Positions 36,145 through 45,597 are shown, counted from the first letter of the stretch. The stretch is 64,000 nt of DNA from Helicobacter cetorum (GCA_022729705.1 DZAX01000002.1:53277-117276), one strand, 5' to 3'. Notes: a model not told the origin generated them from the letters alone. Made by a program: numbers and translations.

Positions 36145-36744
36145 ATGGAAGTAACATATTTAGGTGTTAATTATCAAATTCCTGATAATACGCCTTTTAC
36201 AATATCCGGTTTAGAGTTCGTTGGTGATGGCTATTCAAAAACTGAAGCTATAGCCTCAGGTCAAGGCTCATGGAATGAAAAAAACATCAAAAATTTTCTA
36301 AAACTTCTCGAGCTTATCTCGTCATCTCCCACCTCTGTCGCCTCTGTGCCTGTCGGTATTATTTTAGCTTTTGCTGGAACCACTGCACCAGATGGCTTTA
36401 TTTTCTGTCATGGGCAATGGTTTGCGAAAACCGAACAACCTGCGCTTTATGCCGTTATTGGCGGCTCTTTCGGAATTTCTGATCTTAGCTTTAAGGTTCC
36501 TGACCTTAGAGGCGAATTTATCAGGGGTTATTCTGCCGGACGTGCAGATTTAGACGCTAACCGCGTCTTTGGTAGCGTTCAAACTGGTTTAGGCTCTCAC
36601 ACTCATGTTGTCGATGTCGTTACTACCAAAGTTGCCGCCGATGTCTCCGGTGTCTCTGTTGCTGTTTCTGCAACAACACGCGGTTCTTATAGCTCCTCTG
36701 CCGCTCCGCATAACTTGGCACTAAACTACATTATAAAGGTTTAA
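36145..36744 (+). CDS. phage tail-collar-domain protein (receptor-binding candidate)
   Basis: GIILAFAGTTAPDGFIFCHGQ...ALYAVIGGSFG...FKVPDLRGEFIRG matches the tail-collar (MdpB-like) consensus as I recall it. Confidence 0.7.
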   Translation: MEVTYLGVNYQIPDNTPFTISGLEFVGDGYSKTEAIASGQGSWNEKNIKNFLKLLELISSSPTSVASVPVGIILAFAGTTAPDGFIFCHGQWFAKTEQPALYAVIGGSFGISDLSFKVPDLRGEFIRGYSAGRADLDANRVFGSVQTGLGSHTHVVDVVTTKVAADVSGVSVAVSATTRGSYSSSAAPHNLALNYIIKV

Positions 36745-36746
36745 AA

Positions 36747-37112
36747 ATGTTAGATAAAACTCCTGAAAGCTATGGCATGATAACTTATCTATGGGTTCTC
36801 GCTCTTTCTGTTTGGGCTGGTATGGCTTCTCATCTGCACAGTTTTAGGTTACACAACAAAAGAGATTTTGACTTTATTGGTTTTTTCGTAGATATTTTAA
36901 TCAGCGCTTTTGTCGGCGTGCTTACTTTCTTTTTATGCGAGAGCGCAGAAATAGATCCTCTTCTTACCGCCGTTTTAGTTGGTGTAAGTTCCCACATGGG
37001 AGCTAGATCCATTTATCTATTTCAACACTTTTTGATTTGTAAATATGCCCCTGAATATTGTGACGATATAAAAGCACAACAAGATAACGATAGGGATAAT
37101 AAGAAAGATTAG
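36747..37112 (+). CDS. holin-like 3-TM membrane protein
   Basis: Three hydrophobic helices and a charged C-terminal tail (QQDNDRDNKKD). It is the last gene before attR. Confidence 0.55.
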   Translation: MLDKTPESYGMITYLWVLALSVWAGMASHLHSFRLHNKRDFDFIGFFVDILISAFVGVLTFFLCESAEIDPLLTAVLVGVSSHMGARSIYLFQHFLICKYAPEYCDDIKAQQDNDRDNKKD

Positions 37113-37173
37113 TTAGTTTTGTAGTGGAATTAATATTAAATTGTTAGCAAACCCCTAACATATAAGGGTTAAA

Positions 37174-37250
<77 letters not shown>

Positions 37251-37274
37251 ATGACCAAAAGAGAAAAAACAAGG

Positions 37275-37348
37275 TGGCTGGGGTACAAGGATTCGAACCT
37301 CGGTTAGCTGGACCAAAACCAGCTGTCCTACCGCTAGACGATACCCCA
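37275..37348 (-). tRNA. tRNA-Gln (UUG)
   Basis: TGGGGTATCGTCTAGCGGTAGGACAGCTGGTTTTGGTCCAGCTAACCGAGGTTCGAATCCTTGTACCCCAGCCA folds as a cloverleaf with anticodon TTG. Confidence 0.92.
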
Positions 37349-37442
37349 ATCACTTTTGAGAACGAAATTATAGCCAAACTTAACCGCTTTGTCAACTAAA
37401 AAACGGTAAATTTCTGATAAATTAATAAAATATGGGGAAAAT

Positions 37443-38465
37443 ATGCCAATTAACAGGGTGACGGATGCGATAGAGGAGATAAAAAAGGGCAATATGGTCA
37501 TTATGCTAGATGACGAGGATAGAGAAAACGAAGGGGATTTGGTGTTTGCCTCTATCTTTTCCACGCCCGAGAAGGTCAACTTTATGGCGAGCGAGGCAAA
37601 AGGGCTTATATGTGTGGCGATTACAAAAGAGGATGCCGCACGCATGAAGCTAGAGCCGATGGTCGCAAAAAATAGCTCTTCATACGAAACCGCCTTTACC
37701 GTGTCGGTAGACGCAAAAGGGTGTGCTACGGGTATCTCTGCATTTGAAAGACACGACACAATACAGCTTTTAGCGGGCGCAAACACCAAGCCTGACGATT
37801 TGGTGAGGCCTGGGCATATATTTCCCCTCATCGCAAAAGAGGGTGGCGTGTTGGTGCGTACAGGGCATACAGAGGGTTCTGTGGATTTGTGCCGCCTAGC
37901 GGGCGTATATCCTAGCGGCGTTATATGCGAGATTATGAAAGAAGACGGCACGATGGCAAGACGCAGCGACCTTGAATTGTTTGCGCTCAAGCACAATCTA
38001 AAGATAGTATTTGTATCAGACATCATAGAGTACAGACTAAAAAGCGAGACGCTTGTAAAAGAGATAGACGCTGGACAAACAAGCTTTATGGGCAGGGCGG
38101 CCATTAGAAGAAATTTTGAAGATCACACCGGCAGAGCGCATACGGCGTTTATCTTTGGGGAGTTGCAAGAGACGGCAAATGTACGTTTTAGCAACATCTC
38201 CACGGATATTGAACTACTCTCAAACGAAGCAAAATTCTCCTCTCTAACTAGAAGCGCGGATCTTTTGCACAGAGAGGGCGGCGTAATGGTTTTTGTAGAC
38301 GCAAGTCATCCCGAGAGCTCAGAGGTAAAAGAGTTTGGCGTAGGGGCGCAGATTTTGGGGCTTTTGGGGGTCAAAAAAATAAATCTGCTTACGCACTCAA
38401 AAAATAGAGAGTTTGTAGGAATATCGGGTTTTGGGCTTAGTATAGAGAATAGAGTAGATGTATAG
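37443..38465 (+). CDS. ribBA: 3,4-dihydroxy-2-butanone-4-phosphate synthase with GTP-cyclohydrolase-II-like C-terminal domain
   Basis: DDEDRENEGDLV and TGHTEGSVDL motifs of RibB, plus a 130-aa C-terminal extension. Confidence 0.88.
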   Translation: MPINRVTDAIEEIKKGNMVIMLDDEDRENEGDLVFASIFSTPEKVNFMASEAKGLICVAITKEDAARMKLEPMVAKNSSSYETAFTVSVDAKGCATGISAFERHDTIQLLAGANTKPDDLVRPGHIFPLIAKEGGVLVRTGHTEGSVDLCRLAGVYPSGVICEIMKEDGTMARRSDLELFALKHNLKIVFVSDIIEYRLKSETLVKEIDAGQTSFMGRAAIRRNFEDHTGRAHTAFIFGELQETANVRFSNISTDIELLSNEAKFSSLTRSADLLHREGGVMVFVDASHPESSEVKEFGVGAQILGLLGVKKINLLTHSKNREFVGISGFGLSIENRVDV

Positions 38466-38878
38466 CATCTATGAAGATTAGACCTTGAGAGAGCTGGAAT
38501 TTTATCTTTTAAGGCGATAAAACAATCATCTAGCGATAGTTTTGTTACTCGTCTAAACTCACAGACAATTTGTTGTTCTATGTCACTTAGCGATGATTTA
38601 ATCTTTTTAGCACCACTCTTTTTATCTTCCGGGCACCTCTAAAAACTCTTATTTTTCACTTTTTTAAATTATACAAAGCCTATAATCATTGGCTTTGCTA
38701 CTGAACGCATTATGAAAAAACATAGTTTTTAGAGGTGCCCTTCTGTGCTTGCATCTCTTTTCCATCTATGAACTGTTTTTGGATTAAGATTATATTTGAT
38801 TGCTAACTTTGCGATACTCTCACAAGAGTCTTGAATTTCTTTTCTGATTCTTGGCGTGGTTTTGGCGTTAGCGTGCAA
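38466..38878 (-). pseudogene. IS481-type transposase N-terminal remnant, truncated and interrupted
   Basis: The minus strand gives LHANAKTTPRIRKEIQDSCESIAKLAIKYNLNPKTVHRWKRDASTE. An IR-flanked insert follows, then EDKKSGAKKIKSSLSDIEQQIVCEFRRVTKLSLDDCFIALKDKIPALSRSNLHR. The remnant ends at the ribBA stop. Confidence 0.6.
38631..38740. repeat. about 110-bp insertion bounded by 17-bp inverted repeats GGGCACCTCTAAAAACT / AGTTTTTAGAGGTGCCC (MITE-like)
   Basis: IRs at 38631-38647 and 38724-38740. The insertion interrupts the transposase remnant, and the flanking reading frames match if 108 bp are removed. Confidence 0.55.
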
Positions 38879-39338
38879 TAAATTTCCCATAAATTAGCTT
38901 CCATAGGGTGTTTGTGTATTATGCCTGAAGAATGGGGGACTAAACAAAGATAACCGACCATAGCCATGGCAATATAAAAAATATTGTCATGCGTCCACAC
39001 TACTCAAAATAGAAGAAAACCCCTCCAAAATAGCTCCGCCAAAATCAAAAATAAATCCCCTTTTGTGGTTTTTAACAGTTTTAGTATAGTTTTGCTATCA
39101 TTCTTTCAAAATAGAACAAAATAATGAGTGTCTCAAACCTCATTTTAACTTTTTCAATTTGCGTAATGTCTATAATTGCAAGCTTTATTGGCGAATTATG
39201 AAAAAACGGTAGTTTTTTTATGTCGTCACAATGTTATATTCTAGCTATAATTACTCTATTGAAAAAAGAAGACTCGATTTTTATATTTTCAAAAAAACGC
39301 TTTGGCGACAAAGTGTATTCTACAAAAAAGGTATCGCA

Positions 39339-39557
39339 ATGGCAGATGTATTAAACGGAACTGTTAAATGGTTTAACAGTGAAAAAGGTTTTGGATTTAT
39401 TCAACAAGAAAATGGCGGTAAAGATATATTCGTACACTTTCGTCAAATAAACAGCAATGGTTACGGTCGTGTTTCACTTGATGAGGGTCAAAAAGTGACT
39501 TATACTGTTGGTCAAGGCGACAAAGGTCCTCAAGCGGAAAACGTTACGGCATTGTAG
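39339..39557 (+). CDS. cold-shock domain protein
   Basis: [34 protein letters not shown] (RNP1/RNP2 motifs). The ATG at 39339 is preferred over the track start. Confidence 0.92.
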   Translation: MADVLNGTVKWFNSEKGFGFIQQENGGKDIFVHFRQINSNGYGRVSLDEGQKVTYTVGQGDKGPQAENVTAL

Positions 39558-39559
39558 AA

Positions 39560-39654
39560 ATGTTATGCGCTAATACGAGCAAAGCCCGTCTTAGCGGCAA
39601 AGGACATAAATGTCTCTTGTAACCCCCTAAAGCTCCCACTCGTGCAGGGGGAAT
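39560..39654 (+). repeat. R2 intergenic repeat, copy 3
   Basis: ATGTTATGCGCTAATACGAGCAAAGCCCGTCTTAGCGGCAAAGGACATAAATGTCTCTTGTAACCCCCTAAAGCTCCCACTCGTGCAGGGGGAAT. It starts 3 nt after the csp stop. Confidence 0.8.
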
Positions 39655-39680
39655 GGCTCATCTTAATGGTGGATGAGCTA

Positions 39681-39826
39681 CTACTCAAAAACTAGTTTTG
39701 AACGCACAATCTCATCACTTCTCTCAACGCTAAATTTCCAATCTATCTTTTTTGCTATCTCTTTACACAGCATCAACCCAAAACCGTAGCCGTTATTCCC
39801 CAATTTACTATCCGCCACTTGAGTGC
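39681..39826 (-). pseudogene. C-terminal remnant of a histidine-kinase ATPase domain
   Basis: The minus strand gives ...VADSKLGNNGYGFGLMLCKEIAKKIDWKFSVERSDEIVRSKLVFE* (G2 box plus C-terminal strands). No upstream ORF remains. Confidence 0.5.
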
Positions 39827-40119
39827 TGTTTTTTTATCTCTACGCTATTTTATCTATGTGTAAAACACTAGACGTTAAAGCAAACAACTATTACTACTAT
39901 AAGAAAAACGGCGTTATCTCTGAGTCTAAAAAACAACAAGAAGATACAGCTCTTTGTGACGTAATCAAAAAAGAGTTTATAAACTCTCGCACACACTCAG
40001 GAGCAAGAAGACTAAAGGCGAAGCTTTTACAGGGCGGTCTTGTCATATCTAGAAAACGCATAATAAAGCGTAACCCCCAAAGTAAACCCATCCCCGATCC
40101 CGTCCACTCCTTTGTGTAA
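39823..40119 (+). pseudogene. IS3-family transposase (OrfB N-terminal) remnant
   Basis: ...YYYYKKNGVISESKKQQEDTALCDVIKKEFINSRTHSGARRLKAKLLQGGLVISRKRI resembles the HTH_21 region of IS3 OrfB. No catalytic core follows. Confidence 0.5.
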
Positions 40120-40284
40120 ATTCCTCTAACTGACGATTTAGAGCTTTTGGTTTTTTAATCTTATTGATTCTTAACCTCCAAGCTCTTGCAATAAAAAGGA
40201 ATATTAATTATGGGAAAAGGCGGTAAGCAGATTGTTGGAAAATGGGTTGACATTTCAGTCTTTGGATTGTGTTAAATTAAGGGG

Positions 40285-40361
40285 TGGTGGGTTCTAGAGG
40301 ACTCGAACCTCTGACCAGCCGGTTATGAGCCGGCTGCTCTAACCAACTGAGCTAAGAACCC
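40285..40361 (-). tRNA. tRNA with CAU anticodon (elongator Met or Ile2)
   Basis: GGGTTCTTAGCTCAGTTGGTTAGAGCAGCCGGCTCATAACCGGCTGGTCAGAGGTTCGAGTCCTCTAGAACCCACCA forms a cloverleaf. Met versus lysidine-Ile cannot be decided by eye. Confidence 0.9.
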
Positions 40362-40385
40362 GTTAAGTGAAGAGCTTTTTTTGCT

Positions 40386-41504
40386 TTAGCGTTTCCGCTT
40401 CAAAAAAGAAACGTAATTATACAAGAAATTAAAACGAAAAGCAAGTAAATTTTCTAAAATTCCAAAAAGAATCATAAAAGTTACAAAGCTGGTGCCTCCA
40501 TAGCTGTACATCGGCAACGGAATGCCGACTACGGGAGCGAGTCCTATCGTCATGGCGATATTGACGGAGGAGTAGACAAAGATGAGGATTCCGACACCTC
40601 CGGCAAATACCACGCCAAAGTGGTCGTCGCGAAATTTTCTACGCAACCCTAAAATGTGTAGCGTAAGTAGCGCATATGCAAAAATGAGTACAAATGCGCC
40701 AAAAAATCCAAATCTCTCTACATGGTATGCGAAGACAAAATCCGTTGTGGCTATTGGTAGAAATTTTAGCTGTACTTGGGTGGCGTCCTCTTTGTCTTTG
40801 CCAAACATCCCGCCTGAGCCTATCGCAATGATGGATTGCTGGACATGATAGCTTGGCTTTTCGGCTAGAAAATCCTCTATTCTCTGTTTTTGATAGTCCC
40901 TGAGCCCAAACTCATAAATGAGCGTAGAGGTTGTCAGGAAAAGCGCTATTATCGCCACCCATATCTTCCATCTTACACCCGTCAAAAACAGAGCTCCAAA
41001 ACCAAGCATTAAAACGACGCTGGCACTTCCAAGATCCGGCTCAATGGCGATAAGAAAAAAGGGCAATAGGATATAAAAGGATATTTTTGCAAAAGATTTT
41101 AAATCATATCCGTCGCTAGGAGGCGGGTTTTTTTGGATTAAGTAGGCGAGCATTAGCAAAAGGGCGGGTTTGATTATCTCTGATGGCTGAATAGTCATTG
41201 ATGTAAACGGTATTTGGAGCCATCTTTGGGCGCCGAGTACGGATACGCCAAAAAACTTTACAGAAACCAGAAGGGAGATGTCTATCCAATATATAATTGG
41301 GATAAGCCACGATATTTTTCGTATCGGAATAATTGAAAAAGCGGCAAACAGTAAAAAGCCAACCACTATATACATAAACTCTTTTGCGGCAAGAGACTCG
41401 TTTACTTCGCTAATCAAAAAAAGCGAGCTAAGCGCAATCGGCGCAACCAAAAGCGGTATCAAAAAATCAAAATGCGTAATTATACGTCTATCTATTTGCA
41501 ACAT
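40386..41504 (-). CDS. FtsW/RodA/SpoVE (SEDS) family peptidoglycan polymerase
   Basis: Polytopic membrane protein with the family-typical C-terminal ...GLPLPMYSYGGTS motif. The start at 41504 (MLQIDRR) is preferred. Confidence 0.85.
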   Translation of the reverse strand: MLQIDRRIITHFDFLIPLLVAPIALSSLFLISEVNESLAAKEFMYIVVGFLLFAAFSIIPIRKISWLIPIIYWIDISLLVSVKFFGVSVLGAQRWLQIPFTSMTIQPSEIIKPALLLMLAYLIQKNPPPSDGYDLKSFAKISFYILLPFFLIAIEPDLGSASVVLMLGFGALFLTGVRWKIWVAIIALFLTTSTLIYEFGLRDYQKQRIEDFLAEKPSYHVQQSIIAIGSGGMFGKDKEDATQVQLKFLPIATTDFVFAYHVERFGFFGAFVLIFAYALLTLHILGLRRKFRDDHFGVVFAGGVGILIFVYSSVNIAMTIGLAPVVGIPLPMYSYGGTSFVTFMILFGILENLLAFRFNFLYNYVSFLKRKR

Positions 41505-41624
41505 TGCATAAATTTTAGCTAAGTTTGGCTTATGTCCCAAGCGACTAAGCCTGCGTTAAAGAGCTAAATCTTATACTAAAATTAGACTATTATGCAACAA
41601 TTAGTAAAAAGGCTGAATTAAGAT

Positions 41625-42650
41625 ATGAAACTTTTAGTGTCGGCTTTGGAGCCGTCTTCAAATTTGCATTTTGAAAATCTATTGCGAGAGTGTGGCGATA
41701 TAGAGTTTGTCGGAATATTTGACGAGAAATTTGGAGCTCCGCTATTTAGCCCAAAAGAGTTTAGTGTAATGGGGTTTGTGGATGCTCTTAAAAAGCTGTT
41801 TTTGGCTAAAAGAGCTATTAACGCTCTTGCAAGAGAGGCTGAGAGTTGTGACAAAGTCTTGTTGATAGACGCTCCTGCATTTAATATTTTGCTTGCAAAA
41901 GCAATCAAAAAACTTTATCCAAATAAAGAGATAATCTATTATATTTTGCCAAAAGTTTGGGCTTGGAAAAGCTCTCGCATAGCCGTAGTGGAGCGGTATA
42001 CGGATGTTCAGGCGTATATATTTGCTTTTGAAAAAGAGTTTTGGAAATGCGGCGTATTTGTCGGTAATCCGCTTATGGAGGAGATAAAAGAGAAAAAAAA
42101 CGCACCGACTCGTTCCAATATTACAGCGTTTTTACCAGGAAGTCGAAAAGCGGAGATAGTTAGGCTTATGCCGATTTTTAGAGAGGTTGCCGCAAAGCTA
42201 GACGGGGTTAAAATATTGGCTATTCCGGCTTTTTTTGATGAGAACGCAATAAAAGAGCTATATGGAGACATAAGCTCTTTTGAGATGGTAAGAGACGCTA
42301 AATACGCCTTGTTGCACGCCTCAAAAGCGGTTGTATGCTCCGGTACCGCTACGCTTGAGTCCGCTTTGATAGGCGCTCCGACCTTGCTTGTTTATATAGC
42401 AAAGCCGATTGACTATATGATAGCAAAAAGATTTGTGACAGGGTTAAAACATGTTGGTCTTGCGAATATCATAGCGGATTTTGACGGCGCTGAGGAGATA
42501 CATCCGGAGTTGTTGCAAGACGAGGTGACGGTTTCAAATGTGTTGGGCGAGCTTTATAGGATGGATGAGGCTGCATTTTTGCAAAAATCATTTTGGCTTC
42601 GAGAGAAGCTTGGCGGCAAAGAAAAAAGTTTAGCGCAATTTTTTGTTTAA
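41625..42650 (+). CDS. lpxB: lipid-A-disaccharide synthase
   Basis: MKLLVSALEPSSNLH..., with length and overall pattern typical of LpxB; synteny with greA. Confidence 0.85.
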   Translation: MKLLVSALEPSSNLHFENLLRECGDIEFVGIFDEKFGAPLFSPKEFSVMGFVDALKKLFLAKRAINALAREAESCDKVLLIDAPAFNILLAKAIKKLYPNKEIIYYILPKVWAWKSSRIAVVERYTDVQAYIFAFEKEFWKCGVFVGNPLMEEIKEKKNAPTRSNITAFLPGSRKAEIVRLMPIFREVAAKLDGVKILAIPAFFDENAIKELYGDISSFEMVRDAKYALLHASKAVVCSGTATLESALIGAPTLLVYIAKPIDYMIAKRFVTGLKHVGLANIIADFDGAEEIHPELLQDEVTVSNVLGELYRMDEAAFLQKSFWLREKLGGKEKSLAQFFV

Positions 42651-42667
42651 AAATTGCTATAATCCTA

Positions 42668-42768
42668 ATGTTATACGCTTAAACGAGCAAAGCTCATTTA
42701 AGCGGCAAAGGACACGAGCGTCCCTTGCACCCCCCCCCTTAAAGCTACCCGCATAAATGCGGGAGAAT
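42668..42768 (+). repeat. R2 intergenic repeat, copy 4 (contains a C9 tract at 42730-42738)
   Basis: ATGTTATACGCTTAAACGAGCAAAGCTCATTTAAGCGGCAAAGGACACGAGCGTCCCTTGCACCCCCCCCCTTAAAGCTACCCGCATAAATGCGGGAGAAT. It starts 18 nt after the lpxB stop. Confidence 0.8.
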
Positions 42769-42831
42769 GTTAGGATTTACACACTTTTTGATAAAGTGTC
42801 CAATATCTGTTAAAATTATAAAAAAAATTAT

Positions 42832-42910
42832 CTGCCGCCTACGGCGGCTAGCTTTAGCGGCTTAGCGCTTAGCGTAGCAAGGACGGGCTTTGCCCGTCCT
42901 TGCGTAATAT
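42832..42910 (-). repeat. R2 intergenic repeat, copy 5 (inverted relative to copy 4)
   Basis: The minus strand reads ATATTACGCAAGGACGGGCAAAGCCCGTCCTTGCTACGCTAAGCGCTAAGCCGCTAAAGCTAGCCGCCGTAGGCGGCAG. It lies about 25 nt upstream of the greA ATG. Confidence 0.7.
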
Positions 42911-42934
42911 GAAATAAAAAAGGATTTTCTTAAA

Positions 42935-43426
42935 ATGCAAAAAGAGCCTATGACGAAGTTTGGGTTTGACAAAATAGCAAAAGAGCTTGAACACCTAAAA
43001 ACAGTTGAAAGAGCCGTAATAGCTCAGGAGATAGCGGAGGCTAGAAGCCATGGCGATTTGTCGGAAAATTCCGAATACGACGCCGCAAAAGAGAAGCAAG
43101 CGCATCTTGAAAAAAGAATAGCTTATTTAAGCGATATGCTCTCTCGCGCGCAAGTGATTGACCCTACGACGCTTAAGCACAGCAGAGCGTGCTTTGGCTC
43201 CACCGTAAAGTTATGCGGAACAAAAGACGATAAAGAGGTGTGCTACACGATAGTAGGAGCTATAGAGTCAGATCCAAATAGAGGGCTTATATCTTTTAAC
43301 TCTCCGCTGTCCAAAGCTCTTTTGGGCAAAGAAGAGGGCGATGTGCTAACCATTGAGCTTGTCGGCGGCGCGGATGAGTTTGAGATAATAGAAGTATTTT
43401 ATGAAGAGATAAGTTTTAGAATATGA
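42935..43426 (+). CDS. greA: transcription elongation factor GreA
   Basis: GDLSENSEYDAAKEKQ motif; 163 aa. Confidence 0.93.
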   Translation: MQKEPMTKFGFDKIAKELEHLKTVERAVIAQEIAEARSHGDLSENSEYDAAKEKQAHLEKRIAYLSDMLSRAQVIDPTTLKHSRACFGSTVKLCGTKDDKEVCYTIVGAIESDPNRGLISFNSPLSKALLGKEEGDVLTIELVGGADEFEIIEVFYEEISFRI

Positions 43427-43860
43427 AAAAACTTAATGTAAGCGTAAAAATCATAAATAAGTTTGCCGTCGTTCCAAAGTATCAAACGGACGAGGCGGCT
43501 GGGTTTGATTTGCACTCTGTTGACGATAAGGTCATAAAAGCCGGTGAAAGAGGTGTTATAAAAACAGGGCTTGCAGTCGCTTTGCCAAAAGGGTATGAGC
43601 TTCAGGTGCGTCCAAGAAGCGGACTTGCTCTAAAAAACGGCATAACAGTGCTAAACGCCCCCGGAACTATTGACAGCGACTATAGAGGCGAGCTCATGGT
43701 AATACTGATTAATACCTCAAAAGATGATTTTTTTGTTAATAGTGGCGATAGAATAGCTCAGGCGGTAATAAAAGAGGTGTTGCAAGCCGACTTTTGCGTT
43801 GTGGAAGAGTTGGATGAGACTGTTAGAGGAAGTAATGGTTTTGGGAGTACTGGAAAATGA
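43423..43860 (+). CDS. dut: dUTP diphosphatase (trimeric type)
   Basis: AAGFDL, RPRSGLALK, GTIDSDYRGEL and GFGSTG motifs. Confidence 0.92.
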   Translation: MKKLNVSVKIINKFAVVPKYQTDEAAGFDLHSVDDKVIKAGERGVIKTGLAVALPKGYELQVRPRSGLALKNGITVLNAPGTIDSDYRGELMVILINTSKDDFFVNSGDRIAQAVIKEVLQADFCVVEELDETVRGSNGFGSTGK

Positions 43861-44870
43861 AAAAAATAAGAGCTGGCATTGTCGGTGTCAGCGGTTATAC
43901 TGGATTAGAGCTTACAAAAATACTTATTACGCATCCAAATTTTGAGCTCATATACGCCTCAAATACGCAAGGTGGCGTTTTGCTCTCACAGCTTCACCCA
44001 TGTCTTGAAGGCGTGTTTGATATTGAAGTGAAAAAAACAGAGATAGACGAAGTGGCAAAAAATTGCGACGTTGTGTTTTTGGCACTGCCGCATAAAGCCG
44101 CAATGGGGTTTGCAAAAGAGCTTGCGTCATCTGACGTGAAAATTGTGGATTTATCTGCGGATTATAGATTGAGCGCTTCAAACTATGAGCTAAACTACTG
44201 CGAACATATAGATAAAGAGGGTTTGGCGTCCGCTGTTTACGGTTTGCCGGAGCTGTTTGGCGAGCAGATAAAAAACGCTAAGTTGTTGGCAAATCCAGGG
44301 TGCTATCCAACCGCCACACTGCTTGCATTGGCGCCGTTTGCAAAATATATAGATGAGAAATCGCCTGTATTTGTGGATGCAAAAAGCGGAGTATCAGGGG
44401 CGGGCAAAAAATGCGTAGATAGAACGCATTTTGTCAGCGCAAACGAAAATCTCTTTGCATACGACCCGATAACGCATAGGCATTCGGTAGAGATAAGCGA
44501 AAAAATAGAGATTATCTCAGGCAAGCCTTTTCATATTACATTTGTGCCGCAACTTCTACCGATAACAAGAGGTATGCTTTCAAACGTCTACGCAACGCTA
44601 AAAGAAGATATAGAACCGCTTGAGGTAATGAGGGAGTTTTATAAGGATAGCTCTTTTGTAAGGGTAAAAGAGTCGGCTGTGCAGTTAAAATCAGTCTGCG
44701 GAACAAACTTTTGCGACCTATACGCCGCAAAAAACAAAAACGCCCTTTTTGTAAATAGCGCAATAGATAATCTATTGAGAGGTGCCAGTTCGCAAGCGGT
44801 TGTAAATGCAAATATTATGTTTGGTGTAAGCGAAGATGCGGGAGTTCCAAAAATAGCTTATGCCCCTTAA
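43857..44870 (+). CDS. argC: N-acetyl-gamma-glutamyl-phosphate reductase
   Basis: GVSGYTGLEL N-terminus and catalytic NPGCYPT. Confidence 0.92.
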   Translation: MKKIRAGIVGVSGYTGLELTKILITHPNFELIYASNTQGGVLLSQLHPCLEGVFDIEVKKTEIDEVAKNCDVVFLALPHKAAMGFAKELASSDVKIVDLSADYRLSASNYELNYCEHIDKEGLASAVYGLPELFGEQIKNAKLLANPGCYPTATLLALAPFAKYIDEKSPVFVDAKSGVSGAGKKCVDRTHFVSANENLFAYDPITHRHSVEISEKIEIISGKPFHITFVPQLLPITRGMLSNVYATLKEDIEPLEVMREFYKDSSFVRVKESAVQLKSVCGTNFCDLYAAKNKNALFVNSAIDNLLRGASSQAVVNANIMFGVSEDAGVPKIAYAP

Positions 44871-45597
44871 TCTAAAAGAGGGCGCCATATTTATTACGGA
44901 CGCCCACTATCCAAGAAACAAAAAGGAGCTTTTGGCTCTTTTTGATTTTCTTATCCATACACCCCCGCCGCAATGCTTTTTGCTTGGCGATATATTTGAG
45001 TTTGCCTGCCCAAAACTTCCTTACTCTCTTAGTTACAATGAAGAGTTAATAGTAAAGATAGAAGCCTTAAGTCTTAAAACGGAGCTTTTCTATCTTGAGG
45101 GCAATCATGACTATCTACTAAAAGGGCTATTTTTAAACGCCAAAGTCTACTCCATGCAAGAACAACCGCTTATTGTTGCTTATCCTAACGGCAAAGCGGC
45201 GATATTTCACGGCGACAAGTACGGCGGTTTTTTATATACACTCTACTCTAGGCTAATTAGAAGTCCGTTTGTAATCTCAATTTTAAGAGTTGTGACGCTG
45301 GATGTAAACGGTAGATTTATAAAAAGTTTATATAAAAAACTTCTTGCAAAAAATATTTGCGGAGAGTATGCGGACTTTGCAGGGCGAAAAAAAACGGCTC
45401 TTCTAAAATATGATGCCTGCGGCACCAACTTAATAATAGAGGGACATAGCCACCAAAGAGTCTCTTTGAACGTAAATGGCCTAAAGTACGAAGCCTTGGG
45501 GGCTTTTGCGTGCAATAAAAGTTTTTTTAAAGTAAAATTTGAACATAACGATATTCGCTTTGTAAAGATGAGTTTAGGAGCGTTAAAAGATGGCTAA
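44860..45597 (+). CDS. calcineurin-like metallophosphoesterase (LpxH-like)
   Basis: ITDAHY, LLGDIFEF, LEGNHD and FHGD motifs. Confidence 0.7.
   Translation: MPLNLKEGAIFITDAHYPRNKKELLALFDFLIHTPPPQCFLLGDIFEFACPKLPYSLSYNEELIVKIEALSLKTELFYLEGNHDYLLKGLFLNAKVYSMQEQPLIVAYPNGKAAIFHGDKYGGFLYTLYSRLIRSPFVISILRVVTLDVNGRFIKSLYKKLLAKNICGEYADFAGRKKTALLKYDACGTNLIIEGHSHQRVSLNVNGLKYEALGAFACNKSFFKVKFEHNDIRFVKMSLGALKDG

Noticed and set aside
37334-38104. 256-aa minus-strand ORF overlapping tRNA-Gln and ribBA
   Set aside because: It is antisense to ribBA and runs through a tRNA gene. Its composition is Ser/Ala/Pro-rich, so it is a shadow ORF.
38803-39000. 65-aa minus-strand ORF
   Set aside because: It is a chimeric read-through into the IS481 transposase remnant in a shifted frame, not an independent gene.
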